From Candidatus Heimdallarchaeota archaeon (GTDB lineage Archaea > Asgardarchaeota > Heimdallarchaeia > Hodarchaeales > Hodarchaeaceae), in the NCBI GenBank assembly GCA_020353515.1, contig CP070695.1, positions 2,610,155-2,674,154 on the forward strand: a DNA stretch of 64,000 nt, written 5' to 3'. Position 1 is the stretch's first letter. Each line of letters starts with the position of its first letter. Both the position numbers and the translations under genes were made by a program. Below, piece after piece: positions 50,510-60,378 of this stretch. A model generated the notes under the pieces. It saw only the letters and a list, made by a program, of their open reading frames with translations, was not told where the DNA came from and ran no database searches.

Positions 50510-50606
50510 ATGATATACCCAGAAAGAGGAGTATATTTCTTTATCTTTAAAACTTTGATTTAATTTGTTGAATAATGAAGTGAAAATAATTATTTGGGTT
50601 TGAATC

Positions 50607-53084
50607 GTGGGCGCTATTATTTCAATTTTTGCCGAGAAACCTTCTATTGCGCGTGCTCTCGTTAAAGCCTTTTCTATTGTTTATAAACTGAAATTTAAAA
50701 GCCGAAAAGGCAAAACAAGATATAATTATGTCTTCGAAAGCACGATATCTAATCATGCAATCCGTTTCAAAATAGAAAAAGATGAATATCGCCTTCGTAA
50801 AGACGATCAGCTCCTCATATCTAGTGTTACTGGACATATCCTCAATTATGATTATCCTCCACCTTTTGATAAAGATACCAACTGGCATAATTCAGATCCT
50901 CTTAATATGATAGAGCTTGTACCGATAGAGATCCCAATTCAAAAGAACATGGTTTCGCATATTGAGGAGATAGGGACAGCTTCTGATGTGATTGTTATTG
51001 CTACTGATTGGGATGGTCATGGTGAATCTATCGGCCGTCAGATTCTTGAAATAGCTGCTAGAAGTAACAAGAAAATTCGTCACGGACGGATGCATTTTAC
51101 TAGTACTAATCCAAACTCCTTGAAAAAAGCGTTTGAAACTCAGACAGATCTCAACTGGGATTGGATTAAACAGGTTGATTCTCTTAGAAAACAAGATTTA
51201 CGAATGGGGTCATCAATAACTCGATTTTTAACTGTTGGAATCCAAAACCAAGGAATTAAAAATCGAATGATTTCATATGGTCCTTGTCAGACGAGTGTTT
51301 TATGGTTAATTACAAATAGGTTTCTTGAGAATAGCAACTTCACTCCTACGAAATTTTGGAAAGTTTCTGTTAAAATTGCCACATTAGAAGGGCCATTATT
51401 TCTGGATTGGAAAGAAAATCCTGTAAAAGAGGAAGCTATCGTTGACTCCTTAATAACCAAATTAAAGAAAGTTGCAGAAGGTATCATAACAGAATATAAT
51501 GAGGAGTCTGCATCTATCAAGCGTCCACTACCATTAGACACTGATACTCTTGAATCAGAGTGTGCCCAGTTCTTCAGAATTAGTCCAAAACAAGTAGCAG
51601 ATATTGCTGAAAGATTGTACAACAATGGTTATATTACCTATCCACGAACAGAGAGTTCATTCTACCTTGAAAAAGACCTTACTAGCTTAGCTGAAAAGTT
51701 TACATCTCATGATGAATTTGGTCTTGTAGCAAAAGAGTGTATTGCCTTAGAAGGTGTACTTAATCCCAGTAAAGGCAGATTTACAAAAGATCACGAGCCA
51801 ATCAAACCTGTAAAAGCAGCCACACAATCTGAAATCAAAAAATCCTTTAAAAAAACACCTGCGTTGGCCAATCAAGCGTGGAATATCTATTCTTATATTG
51901 TATGGAGATTTTTGGCTACTATTCACTCTGAAGCTACTGTTGTGAATCAATATATTATTCTTAATGCTGCACAAGAGGAATTCATTGCAAAAGGAAGAAA
52001 AATAATTGATCTAGGCTTTCTCAAATTTTATAAATTCAGAAGCTTAAAGGGAAAAGAATTACCTCGGTTTGAGAAGGGAAGTACTCACTTAATTGAAGCC
52101 TTTAAACATCAGGGATTTACAACTCCACCCCCTTTATGGAGTGAATCTCAGTTAATCCGAGAAATGGCAAGACTTAATCTTGGAACTGATGCCACACGAT
52201 CAACGCATATTGAAACAGTTCAGAAACGGATGTACACCATAAGTCAAGGACCACGGAGAATGCTAGTACCAACAGCTCTCGGAATGGCATTATATCAGAT
52301 ATTTACTCAAAATTCAGAAGACCTTATTTTACCTGAAATTCGAGGGAAAGTTGAATCTTGGACCATGCAAATTCGAGAACATGAAAAAACTCCCGAAGAT
52401 GTCGATAAACTTGTCATCGAATTGACAACTCGTGGTTTGCAGAGAATGAAAGCTAACCATGAGGAGATCTTCTCAACACTTGTTCAAAGTATCGAATTAA
52501 TGACTGGAATAGGGAAAATTTTGGGTCAATGCCCCGATTGTCAAGGAAATCTTATTCTCCATCAGGGAAAACGAGATTCACGATTCTTAAAGTGTTCTAA
52601 TCCTCTTTGTGAGGTGAGCCTTCCGCTCCCAAAAAAAGGTGAATTAACGGCAATATATAATGAGAACTGTCGCATTTGTAACGGAACTCCACTCCTGATC
52701 TCAACAAAATCTTATACTTGGATTATGTGTCCTATCTGCTGGACAAGAAAGGCCGAGGAAGATCGTCCATGGTTTTGTACTGATTGTAATAGAACAGATT
52801 GCCCTTTTTCAGGGTCATGGGAGGTTCCTTCTCCTGAACAACATCTTGGGAATTGTCCTGAATGCGGAGGAGACGTTCTTTTAAAATTTGACCAACAAAA
52901 CACCCAAGTAATATGTAGCAAATGTAACCGTACTTGGAAAGCACCAAATCTCCGTAAAGGAACAGCTATCACCCTTAGTGATCCCTGTGAGAAATGCGGA
53001 CGTCAAACCTTGTCTGTTATAAAAAGAGGAAAAAAGCCGTACCGTATATGTGTATTTTGTTCACTTTTCTTTTTCCAGGAATAG
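50607..53084 (+). CDS. topA: DNA topoisomerase IA (archaeal TopoIII-like) with C-terminal Zn ribbons
   Basis: AEKPS, SVTGH, TOPRIM ATDWD..GE, ITYPRT (catalytic Tyr), H.PI.P, LGT.ATR, repeated CxxC. Confidence 0.95.
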   Translation: MGAIISIFAEKPSIARALVKAFSIVYKLKFKSRKGKTRYNYVFESTISNHAIRFKIEKDEYRLRKDDQLLISSVTGHILNYDYPPPFDKDTNWHNSDPLNMIELVPIEIPIQKNMVSHIEEIGTASDVIVIATDWDGHGESIGRQILEIAARSNKKIRHGRMHFTSTNPNSLKKAFETQTDLNWDWIKQVDSLRKQDLRMGSSITRFLTVGIQNQGIKNRMISYGPCQTSVLWLITNRFLENSNFTPTKFWKVSVKIATLEGPLFLDWKENPVKEEAIVDSLITKLKKVAEGIITEYNEESASIKRPLPLDTDTLESECAQFFRISPKQVADIAERLYNNGYITYPRTESSFYLEKDLTSLAEKFTSHDEFGLVAKECIALEGVLNPSKGRFTKDHEPIKPVKAATQSEIKKSFKKTPALANQAWNIYSYIVWRFLATIHSEATVVNQYIILNAAQEEFIAKGRKIIDLGFLKFYKFRSLKGKELPRFEKGSTHLIEAFKHQGFTTPPPLWSESQLIREMARLNLGTDATRSTHIETVQKRMYTISQGPRRMLVPTALGMALYQIFTQNSEDLILPEIRGKVESWTMQIREHEKTPEDVDKLVIELTTRGLQRMKANHEEIFSTLVQSIELMTGIGKILGQCPDCQGNLILHQGKRDSRFLKCSNPLCEVSLPLPKKGELTAIYNENCRICNGTPLLISTKSYTWIMCPICWTRKAEEDRPWFCTDCNRTDCPFSGSWEVPSPEQHLGNCPECGGDVLLKFDQQNTQVICSKCNRTWKAPNLRKGTAITLSDPCEKCGRQTLSVIKRGKKPYRICVFCSLFFFQE

Positions 53085-53296
53085 TGGACGCCATCATTCT
53101 GTCGATTGTTGAATGAGAGAAAAGAAGTCGAATCTATTCCTCCACCAGAGCGTTTTTAGATTTATCATCTGGTTGGTGTAATGAAATACCACAATTTATA
53201 AGTTGTGAGAATAAAATGATATAAAATATTTTAATTTGTTCTTATGATAACTATCACTAAGATGACTTGATGTTGAGGCCCTTTTTGGTGAATTGA

Positions 53297-55750
53297 ATGA
53301 GCACAGAAAGGCTAGAGAAGGATCCTGCACCAGCAGCAATTAGATATCTTGTATTAACAAGCGCTTTCACATGTTTATTCACAGGATTATCCTTTGTTCT
53401 TGCTCGAGTAGGTACAAGTACTCAAGAAGATCAATTTTACCAAACTGCAATGACAGGATTCACTTTAGTTTTTGCTATGACGATGGTAGAGTGGTTTTTA
53501 CTTCGTCGTTCTCGAAGACTTATCGGGCCTTACGGTTTTGCTTTTGTACTTGAGATCATTAAGTATCTTCTATTCGGTTTTGCTACTGCTCAATATATTG
53601 AAGCGGTTCCAAGGGTATCCGCTTCTCCCTTTTTCCTTCACCAAATACTCTCATTAGGTATCGTTTTTCTACTTGCATTGACTAAAATTGCTCGTACTAG
53701 GATTGATCAACTCGCCCAAAAGGATATTAGCAGAAATGTCTTGAATCTTTTACCTACAGTACTTATTTTAGTTGTTTTTTTAGGAACATATGTCACAGAA
53801 ATAGTGGGACTAGGTACTCCAAGACAGCGTATTGAGTTTGAGGATTATGAAAAAAAGAATATTGACTGGAGCTTATTTCATACTCCAACTTGGGATGCGA
53901 CCTATCTCCTTGAGAATCTTCTTGACCAATTTACTGCGGGAATACAAAACCCCTACAAAGCTCTCTTTAATGTGTCAAACGAACTCGGTGCCGATCCAAC
54001 CTCACCACCCGCCTACTGGAGGGTTGGTAGTCTTGAAACATATGAATTGCACGATAAAGGAGAAGACCCCACAACAAGATGGACGTCCGTAGACCCATTG
54101 GGGTATCGGATACTGACTCCTAGTTCAGAAAGTGAAGGTACATCATATTCATCAGATATTGACCCGTCGGATAGAATAGCTGAATTTAAGGTCGAAGTTC
54201 CTCTAGACTATAGTACCGCGAGTGCAGATGTCAGTGTAAATCCAAATTTTCCAAATTATCTCCCTTCGCCTTGGAATGGCAAGAGTGGCGCGTATATAGA
54301 TGAGAACTCCTTCGTACTATATGACTCAAACGATAGGAGAATAAATACACTCACAACTCAAACAAAAGAAGTTTATCCAGGAGGATATAGCGATTCATTT
54401 GATGATCTATTAGGAATCCAAGCCTACATCACTACAGGCGAAAATTCTGCAAAAGAGGGGGTATTTGAATATACAATAAACTATAAAGATATAAGTGAGA
54501 CATTATATGATGCAGCACTGTTCTCAAAAACCAAAGATGATTATCAAAGCATTTTAGGATCATCAGACTGGATCGATATTCGAGATCTTTACTTACAGTA
54601 TCCTAATACTTCCTCAGAATTACCAAGTGATGCATATGTATATGGAACAGGTCCAGGAGTTACCCCAGATTATTATAGAGATTGGGCTCCTGAGGTGGTG
54701 GCAAGTACCATTGATCAATGTACTATTCCAGGTCAGAGTGTTTTTTCCCAAGCATATACAGAAATGCAGAGATTAGCCCCAAATTATTATATTAATACAA
54801 ACGAAGATGTAGCTGCGGAACTAGGAGGAACACTTCAATCTGATCCTGACCGTATTCCAGTACCTGGTTCAACTGGAGAATTTGAGCTTGCATTTGATTT
54901 TGATATGTGGTTAGGAGAGTACGCAACTATAGCTGCTATGACTGGAGAAGATGAGTATGATATGCCTCACCCTGAACCCTATGAAGATTATAATGAATGG
55001 TTCATAAATAATAAGCAAGGAACCGCACTTCACTTTGCTTCCCTTTTCGTGACTATGATGCGTTTACGGGGGATACCAAGTCGTGTAGTAATAGGTTATT
55101 TAGGAGGGTCGGAATCTACTGACAAAACAAAACTTGTAATTACAAATATGATGCTTCATGCTTGGGCTGAAGTACTGATACCCATCGAAGAGATTATTCC
55201 AGGACTCCCACCGACAATAGAACGACGAACTGAATGGGTCAGTTTTGATCCCCTTTTGAAATTCTTATCAGATATTCTTCAAACAGGCACTCCAATAGAC
55301 ATGCCAGTTATGTCAGAAGTATCAACTACCGTCTTAATTGGTTCCGATTATGATCACAGGGCTTTTGGACCCGCTACTGCCCCTATCGCGAATATTACTA
55401 CCACAGATGACTCTGATCAAACCTTAAACTTAGTACAAGACAATATTACCCTTTCTGCTCGTCTTATGATGGTCACTGGAGTGTCTACTTGGATGCCCTG
55501 GCAACCAGCCTGTGATTATCTTGGTACAAGAATGTCTTTTTATTGGAGTAACACTCGTACCTTTAGTGATGACTCACGCTATTTTATTGGTAATTCAACT
55601 ATTGATAGCGCTGGTTATGGCTCGGTTCAGTTTGACTATGATATTTTAGATTATGGTTCTCCAATTTGGTTTTTTGCACGAGTTGTTTTTAATCCAGGAG
55701 CTACTGATCAGCACATAGCAGGAGCTAGATCTCTTAGACACGAGATATAG
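53297..55750 (+). CDS. Membrane-anchored transglutaminase-like (TgpA-type) protein, catalytic Cys absent
   Basis: About 5 N-terminal TMs, YWR, GTALHFA...R..GIPSRVVIGY, HAWAEV, W..FDP. Confidence 0.85.
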   Translation: MSTERLEKDPAPAAIRYLVLTSAFTCLFTGLSFVLARVGTSTQEDQFYQTAMTGFTLVFAMTMVEWFLLRRSRRLIGPYGFAFVLEIIKYLLFGFATAQYIEAVPRVSASPFFLHQILSLGIVFLLALTKIARTRIDQLAQKDISRNVLNLLPTVLILVVFLGTYVTEIVGLGTPRQRIEFEDYEKKNIDWSLFHTPTWDATYLLENLLDQFTAGIQNPYKALFNVSNELGADPTSPPAYWRVGSLETYELHDKGEDPTTRWTSVDPLGYRILTPSSESEGTSYSSDIDPSDRIAEFKVEVPLDYSTASADVSVNPNFPNYLPSPWNGKSGAYIDENSFVLYDSNDRRINTLTTQTKEVYPGGYSDSFDDLLGIQAYITTGENSAKEGVFEYTINYKDISETLYDAALFSKTKDDYQSILGSSDWIDIRDLYLQYPNTSSELPSDAYVYGTGPGVTPDYYRDWAPEVVASTIDQCTIPGQSVFSQAYTEMQRLAPNYYINTNEDVAAELGGTLQSDPDRIPVPGSTGEFELAFDFDMWLGEYATIAAMTGEDEYDMPHPEPYEDYNEWFINNKQGTALHFASLFVTMMRLRGIPSRVVIGYLGGSESTDKTKLVITNMMLHAWAEVLIPIEEIIPGLPPTIERRTEWVSFDPLLKFLSDILQTGTPIDMPVMSEVSTTVLIGSDYDHRAFGPATAPIANITTTDDSDQTLNLVQDNITLSARLMMVTGVSTWMPWQPACDYLGTRMSFYWSNTRTFSDDSRYFIGNSTIDSAGYGSVQFDYDILDYGSPIWFFARVVFNPGATDQHIAGARSLRHEI

Positions 55751-55967
55751 GTCAAAATTACTCATCTATTACTGCAAATTAGCTGCTTTAGGCTTTAATC
55801 TGAATTTGTTCACCCAATGGATAGGTTTTATGGATGAACAAAAATAAAATAAATAGTTATAAAAACAAAGCCTACATATCCTTTTCACTCGATAAACGTC
55901 AATTCCTTACAAGTGTGAGTAGGAATACTGTAAAATTAGATTATTAATACTGGAGAATGGATAAAAA

Positions 55968-56282
55968 ATGGCAAAAGACAAGATTTATGGCTATGGAATC
56001 TTCTTTCTAACTATTATCTTCTTAATTATATACACATATTATGTACCAATCCAGTCTTGGATCGGAGCAGATCATGAATTAATGTTCAATCCTTTGAATT
56101 TGGCTGTCGCTGATTTAGTCATGGTACCTGTTTATCTTGCAACTTTGATGATCGGATTCATAATTGCCTGGATAGGTATCACAATGGCTACTACACCTCC
56201 TCCAGAACCCATTGACCTAGATGATCTGAATCTCGATGAGGAGGAGTTTGAGGAAGAGGAAGAAGAAGAAAAAGACGATTGA
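55968..56282 (+). CDS. Two-TM protein with acidic tail, DPM2-like
   Basis: D...G.G......I..YT pattern, H in loop, P in TM2, WIG.TMATTPPP, poly-E tail. Confidence 0.65.
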   Translation: MAKDKIYGYGIFFLTIIFLIIYTYYVPIQSWIGADHELMFNPLNLAVADLVMVPVYLATLMIGFIIAWIGITMATTPPPEPIDLDDLNLDEEEFEEEEEEEKDD

Positions 56283-56360
56283 GAACAGAAACATTATTTA
56301 TATCTGTTCATTTATTTCTCATTTTTTCTAGGTTTTTTTTTATTTTTATAATCTAAATCA

Positions 56361-57386
56361 TCAAGGAGGGTCTGGGATTCCCAATAGATTATCAAGAAAA
56401 TTAGGATAATAGATTGCGATAAAGAATAGTAGAAGAATGGTAATCCCAACTAATAAAAGTTGCTTATCAAAAAATAATCGTTCCGCTCTCCGTCCTACAA
56501 TGCTATTCCCTGAGACCAGAAATAAATAGCGGAAAATTGCAAAAGTAAATAAGGGAAGTGCGAGTACAATAAAAACTGTTTCATTAGGATGACGGTCTAC
56601 TAAGTAGATAAAGACTGCTAAAAGCTCAATTGCTGCACTAGTCGCCAAACTTTGATCCAAAAGCTCTGGGGTATATTTTTCAAAGACCTGCTTGTGTTGA
56701 ATGGCTTTTTCTTTTAATATAGAAAAATCCCCCTTCCGTTTAGCTAATGAAAGCATCATTGCTGTTATAAAGCAGAGAATTATAAGCCATGGAGAGACAT
56801 ATACATTGATGAGTACGGCACCTGCGATTGCTCGCCAAACATAGTTTACAGAAATCATAATTGTATCCGCGAAGACAACTCGTTTCAGAAAAAGAGAGTA
56901 GATCTGACTAGTGATAAAGAATCCACCTAAGACTAAAATAAACGCCGCTTTTGAGGGATTAGAAATACTTCCCTGCTCTATTACTTCATCATATGCACCA
57001 GAAGAGATAATAGGTGATGGGGGTAGGATTATTAAAATTATAACGATGAATAAAGATAAAAGAAGGGCAATAAGTAATCCAAAGAAATTAGATATAGTAC
57101 CCGAGGGGAAGGGACGGTTCTTTTTTTCTGGATGATGACGATCCTTTTCTCGATCACGAAAGTCGTTTATCAGATAGTTTAAGGAGGAAGTGAGACAGAG
57201 TACGATAAATGCCAAAACGATAGGAAACCAAAGCTCAGTTTTGAACAGATTTCTTGAAAAGAATAATCCAAAAAAAACTAGGAAATTTTTGTAATATTGG
57301 TGAGGCCTGAGAAGAAAGAAAATAGCCCGAAGGCGGTCATTCAAAGTGATCACTGGTTGATTTGATCTTGATAGCTCTGCTGGCAT
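56361..57386 (-). CDS. UbiA-superfamily prenyltransferase, decaprenyl-phosphate phosphoribosyltransferase-like
   Basis: LRPHQYYKN..VF, YLIND..D.E.DR.HP.K..RP, KR, YT. Confidence 0.88.
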   Translation of the reverse strand: MPAELSRSNQPVITLNDRLRAIFFLLRPHQYYKNFLVFFGLFFSRNLFKTELWFPIVLAFIVLCLTSSLNYLINDFRDREKDRHHPEKKNRPFPSGTISNFFGLLIALLLSLFIVIILIILPPSPIISSGAYDEVIEQGSISNPSKAAFILVLGGFFITSQIYSLFLKRVVFADTIMISVNYVWRAIAGAVLINVYVSPWLIILCFITAMMLSLAKRKGDFSILKEKAIQHKQVFEKYTPELLDQSLATSAAIELLAVFIYLVDRHPNETVFIVLALPLFTFAIFRYLFLVSGNSIVGRRAERLFFDKQLLLVGITILLLFFIAIYYPNFLDNLLGIPDPP

Positions 57387-57419
57387 TGAAATTTCAGCTC
57401 CTATTACCGTTACTTGTTT

Positions 57420-57818
57420 TCAACCAAAATGTTTGGCTGCACTTTTCTTGTAGTATTGTAAAAGTTCGAAGAGGATTATGCCTGGATCTAAATCATCTCC
57501 AATAGCTGCCAACACGTTGCTAGTATCCATTCGTAGAGCAATCATATAACGATTTGCTCGTCCTTCTTTAGCAACGATCCCTCTATCGTTACGTAAAATC
57601 ATTTCATAAATCTCATTATTAGAGAGGCGAATGGGCATGGGAGGCATATCAGACTGAAGGACAACGAGGAGATTTGAACTTGTAAGGGCATTACCAAGAG
57701 ATTCATCACCTGCATTTCCCATTAACCCCTCATTCATCTCGAGATGGACAAGTGTGTTTAGTTGAAGCTCTTTTAACATTTGATTCAGAGGGTACGGGGA
57801 TTTTTGCGTCATATTCAT
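57420..57818 (-). CDS. Profilin-like protein
   Basis: 132 aa; helix-beta-beta-helix-five strands-helix pattern; IRL...IYEMI, C-terminal PG.ILFELLQYYKK resembles Asgard profilin C-helix as recalled. Confidence 0.55.
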   Translation of the reverse strand: MNMTQKSPYPLNQMLKELQLNTLVHLEMNEGLMGNAGDESLGNALTSSNLLVVLQSDMPPMPIRLSNNEIYEMILRNDRGIVAKEGRANRYMIALRMDTSNVLAAIGDDLDPGIILFELLQYYKKSAAKHFG

Positions 57819-57866
57819 CCTTTTAATGGAATTTAAAGGGTTATAAAAAAATGTTTTATTAACTAA

Positions 57867-58355
57867 ATGAGATTTTTTTATATTGAAAAAAATGTGATTA
57901 ACTGTCTATCTTATGTTATAAGAATAGAGGATCTTTCTTTGGAAACCCTAACATCTCTTCAACAATTTGAGCTTGTTTTAATACCTTTTTGTTTTCTGTT
58001 TAGTCAGATTCTAATCCTGATATTCGGATTAAATTTCCTTGGTAATGAAACTTGGGTAATGATGGGCATTCCAGTACTGTTAGGCTCTATAATCAGTTTT
58101 ATATTCGGATATTTTTTAAATCACAAGAAATTAATTCAAGAATTTAAACAACTAGAGAAGCTATTTCGTATTTTGGTGTTAGCTGGAGGTGGAGCTTTAA
58201 TCCCACTATTGATAGCTCAAAATTTTCATTTTATGAACGTTTTTTTGATCTTTTTTATTCTATCACTCATTTTCTCAACATTAGGTGGAACAATGACAAT
58301 TTCGTGTATCCTTCTGGTCTGGCATTTTCGACTTATTCAGAAACCTTCAGAATGA
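57867..58355 (+). CDS. Four-TM membrane protein, hypothetical
   Basis: Four hydrophobic segments; start may be TTG near 57940. Confidence 0.6.
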   Translation: MRFFYIEKNVINCLSYVIRIEDLSLETLTSLQQFELVLIPFCFLFSQILILIFGLNFLGNETWVMMGIPVLLGSIISFIFGYFLNHKKLIQEFKQLEKLFRILVLAGGGALIPLLIAQNFHFMNVFLIFFILSLIFSTLGGTMTISCILLVWHFRLIQKPSE

Positions 58356-59034
58356 TTCGTGCGTCCACTACAGACACTCCATCCTCAGTAGCAAAGACTG
58401 GATTTAAATCCAGTTCTTCGATCTCTGGATGATGATCAACAAAAGTAGATGTTTTTATCAGTAAATCAACAAGTGCTTTTTTATTTATAGGAGGCTGTCC
58501 TCTGATTCCATCCAGTATTTTTGCTGCTTTAATCTCAGAAAGCATTTCTGTGGCGTCTTCACGTTCAATAGGGATTAATCGAAAAACAACATCCTTTAGA
58601 ACCTCGACATAAATCCCACCAAGGCCAAACGCCAAGATTGGCCCGAACATCTGATCTACTGTTGAACCCACAAGGAGTTCGATACCTGATTGCATTTTTT
58701 CTATGATGTATCCTTCGATTTTTGCATTGGGAACTTTTTGGGAGATTCTCTGTTGCATTTGCTCAAATCTTTCCTTGAGTTCGGTAGTACTTCTGATTTC
58801 AGTGACCACTCCTCCAACATCTGATTTATGAATTATATCATGAGAACTAACTTTGAGTACAACTGGGAATCCAATCTTCTCAGCTTCAGTTATAACTTCA
58901 TTTAGGTCGGTTCCAAAACCTGTTGGATTTATTGGGAAATTCTCTTGTAATAATATTTTTTTAGATTCCTGTACGGTGAGAACTTTCTTTTTTTGCTGTA
59001 TTGCCTTCTCCAAGAATTGTCGAGTCTCAGACAC
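58333..59034 (-). CDS. acdB: ADP-forming acetate/acyl-CoA ligase beta subunit (ATP-grasp)
   Basis: GFPVVLK.S....HKSDVGGV, FGP...FGLGG..VE..KDV, ELDLNP, VDARI. Confidence 0.92.
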   Translation of the reverse strand: MSETRQFLEKAIQQKKKVLTVQESKKILLQENFPINPTGFGTDLNEVITEAEKIGFPVVLKVSSHDIIHKSDVGGVVTEIRSTTELKERFEQMQQRISQKVPNAKIEGYIIEKMQSGIELLVGSTVDQMFGPILAFGLGGIYVEVLKDVVFRLIPIEREDATEMLSEIKAAKILDGIRGQPPINKKALVDLLIKTSTFVDHHPEIEELDLNPVFATEDGVSVVDARIILKVSE

Positions 59035-59141
59035 CCTTTTCTCATCTCTTTCTCATTATTTTTCTCGTAATAGGCCTTTTTTTTCTCTTATTTAAGGAAA
59101 AAATACTTAGTTTAACAACGTTTTGAAATTGAATAATCTAA

Positions 59142-60035
59142 TTATAGAGACTTAATTTCAATTTTTTTTACACCATTAATATGTAAACTATCTTTACTTT
59201 CGCCTAGTAAAATTGTTGCGAATTCCATTCCATCTCCTAATAAGTCACAGCAATCAGAAACAATTGCATAAATTGCTGCTTGGGTTCCTAAACTACGAAC
59301 ACCAGCTAGAATGAGAATCCAAAAATCGATTGCCTCGGGATTCTGAAACAAAGCTACCATCCCATGAGCAGGATGAGAAAAATCTTTAGAATTACTCCTG
59401 ATACTATTTTCGCTAAAATACATATCAAATTTAGATTTGAGAATTTCATTATAGTGAGCTGTTAGAGTATTGGTGATATGTCCTCCTATTAATATCAAAT
59501 TAGTTTTTTTATTACGCATCACTTTGTTATAAAGCAAATCTGTAGTGACATAATTAGGCACAAAACCTTTCTGTTTTGAAAGGTGATTTCCTAAATACCA
59601 ACATAACTCCCCTGTGAGAAATCCGTCACGAGAAATAGCATCATACCGCCCATGTGGTTCTGCACTCCCAACAACGATTTTGCCAATGAATCTCCCGTTT
59701 TTACAAAAAGCTCTTGAGATGACCTTGTTAAACGCGGTTTCCTCATTAGTTACTCCATACTTTGCTAAAGATAATACGAATTGATTTGCTACGGGTTTGA
59801 ACAGTTTAGCTCGTCCACGTTTTATCGGTTTAATGCCAATAGGTACGAGTAAACCAGCATCTCGTAATTTAGTTAAATGATAATGGACTTTTTGCTCAGA
59901 TAAATTTAGTTTTTTTGCAATACTTTTCGCATAAAGGGCATCATCACTTGATAGATGCTGCATGATCTCCCATCGGATATCATGAGCCAAAATCTGCGCT
60001 TTCTTAGGTGAGATTTCATATGTGTTCTGTACCAA
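59142..60035 (-). CDS. ArsR-like HTH transcription regulator with C-terminal effector domain
   Basis: R..I...L, IAKKL.LSEQKVHYHL..L..AGL; IVVGS.EPHG, NLILIGG..TN; divergent from glmS. Confidence 0.85.
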   Translation of the reverse strand: MVQNTYEISPKKAQILAHDIRWEIMQHLSSDDALYAKSIAKKLNLSEQKVHYHLTKLRDAGLLVPIGIKPIKRGRAKLFKPVANQFVLSLAKYGVTNEETAFNKVISRAFCKNGRFIGKIVVGSAEPHGRYDAISRDGFLTGELCWYLGNHLSKQKGFVPNYVTTDLLYNKVMRNKKTNLILIGGHITNTLTAHYNEILKSKFDMYFSENSIRSNSKDFSHPAHGMVALFQNPEAIDFWILILAGVRSLGTQAAIYAIVSDCCDLLGDGMEFATILLGESKDSLHINGVKKIEIKSL

Positions 60036-60378
60036 CTATATAACATCCCCTCGAAAGATATCTGAAGGCTTTTGGATTATTGTGATCCTTTTTATTCTTA
60101 CTGATCACATCATAACTAGATCAGTGAATTAGCAATATCAGTTCTGTCGTCTTCTTCTTGGATTTAAAATGGTTTGTGAAAAAAGAAAGGTAGAATAATC
60201 TTTTCAGGCTGTTCTAGAGTTCTTTTATTCGTCTTTTAGTAAAGTTAATTCTCTTTAACTTCAAGAAAAGTAAAAGCTAAAACATTTAAATTCTTACAAA
60301 GGTAAGTAATATGCTTTTACTGTTCTCTTCATTGGCATTCGTGTTATTCAAACTTAATTCAGGGTTGAAGCTAAGAAA

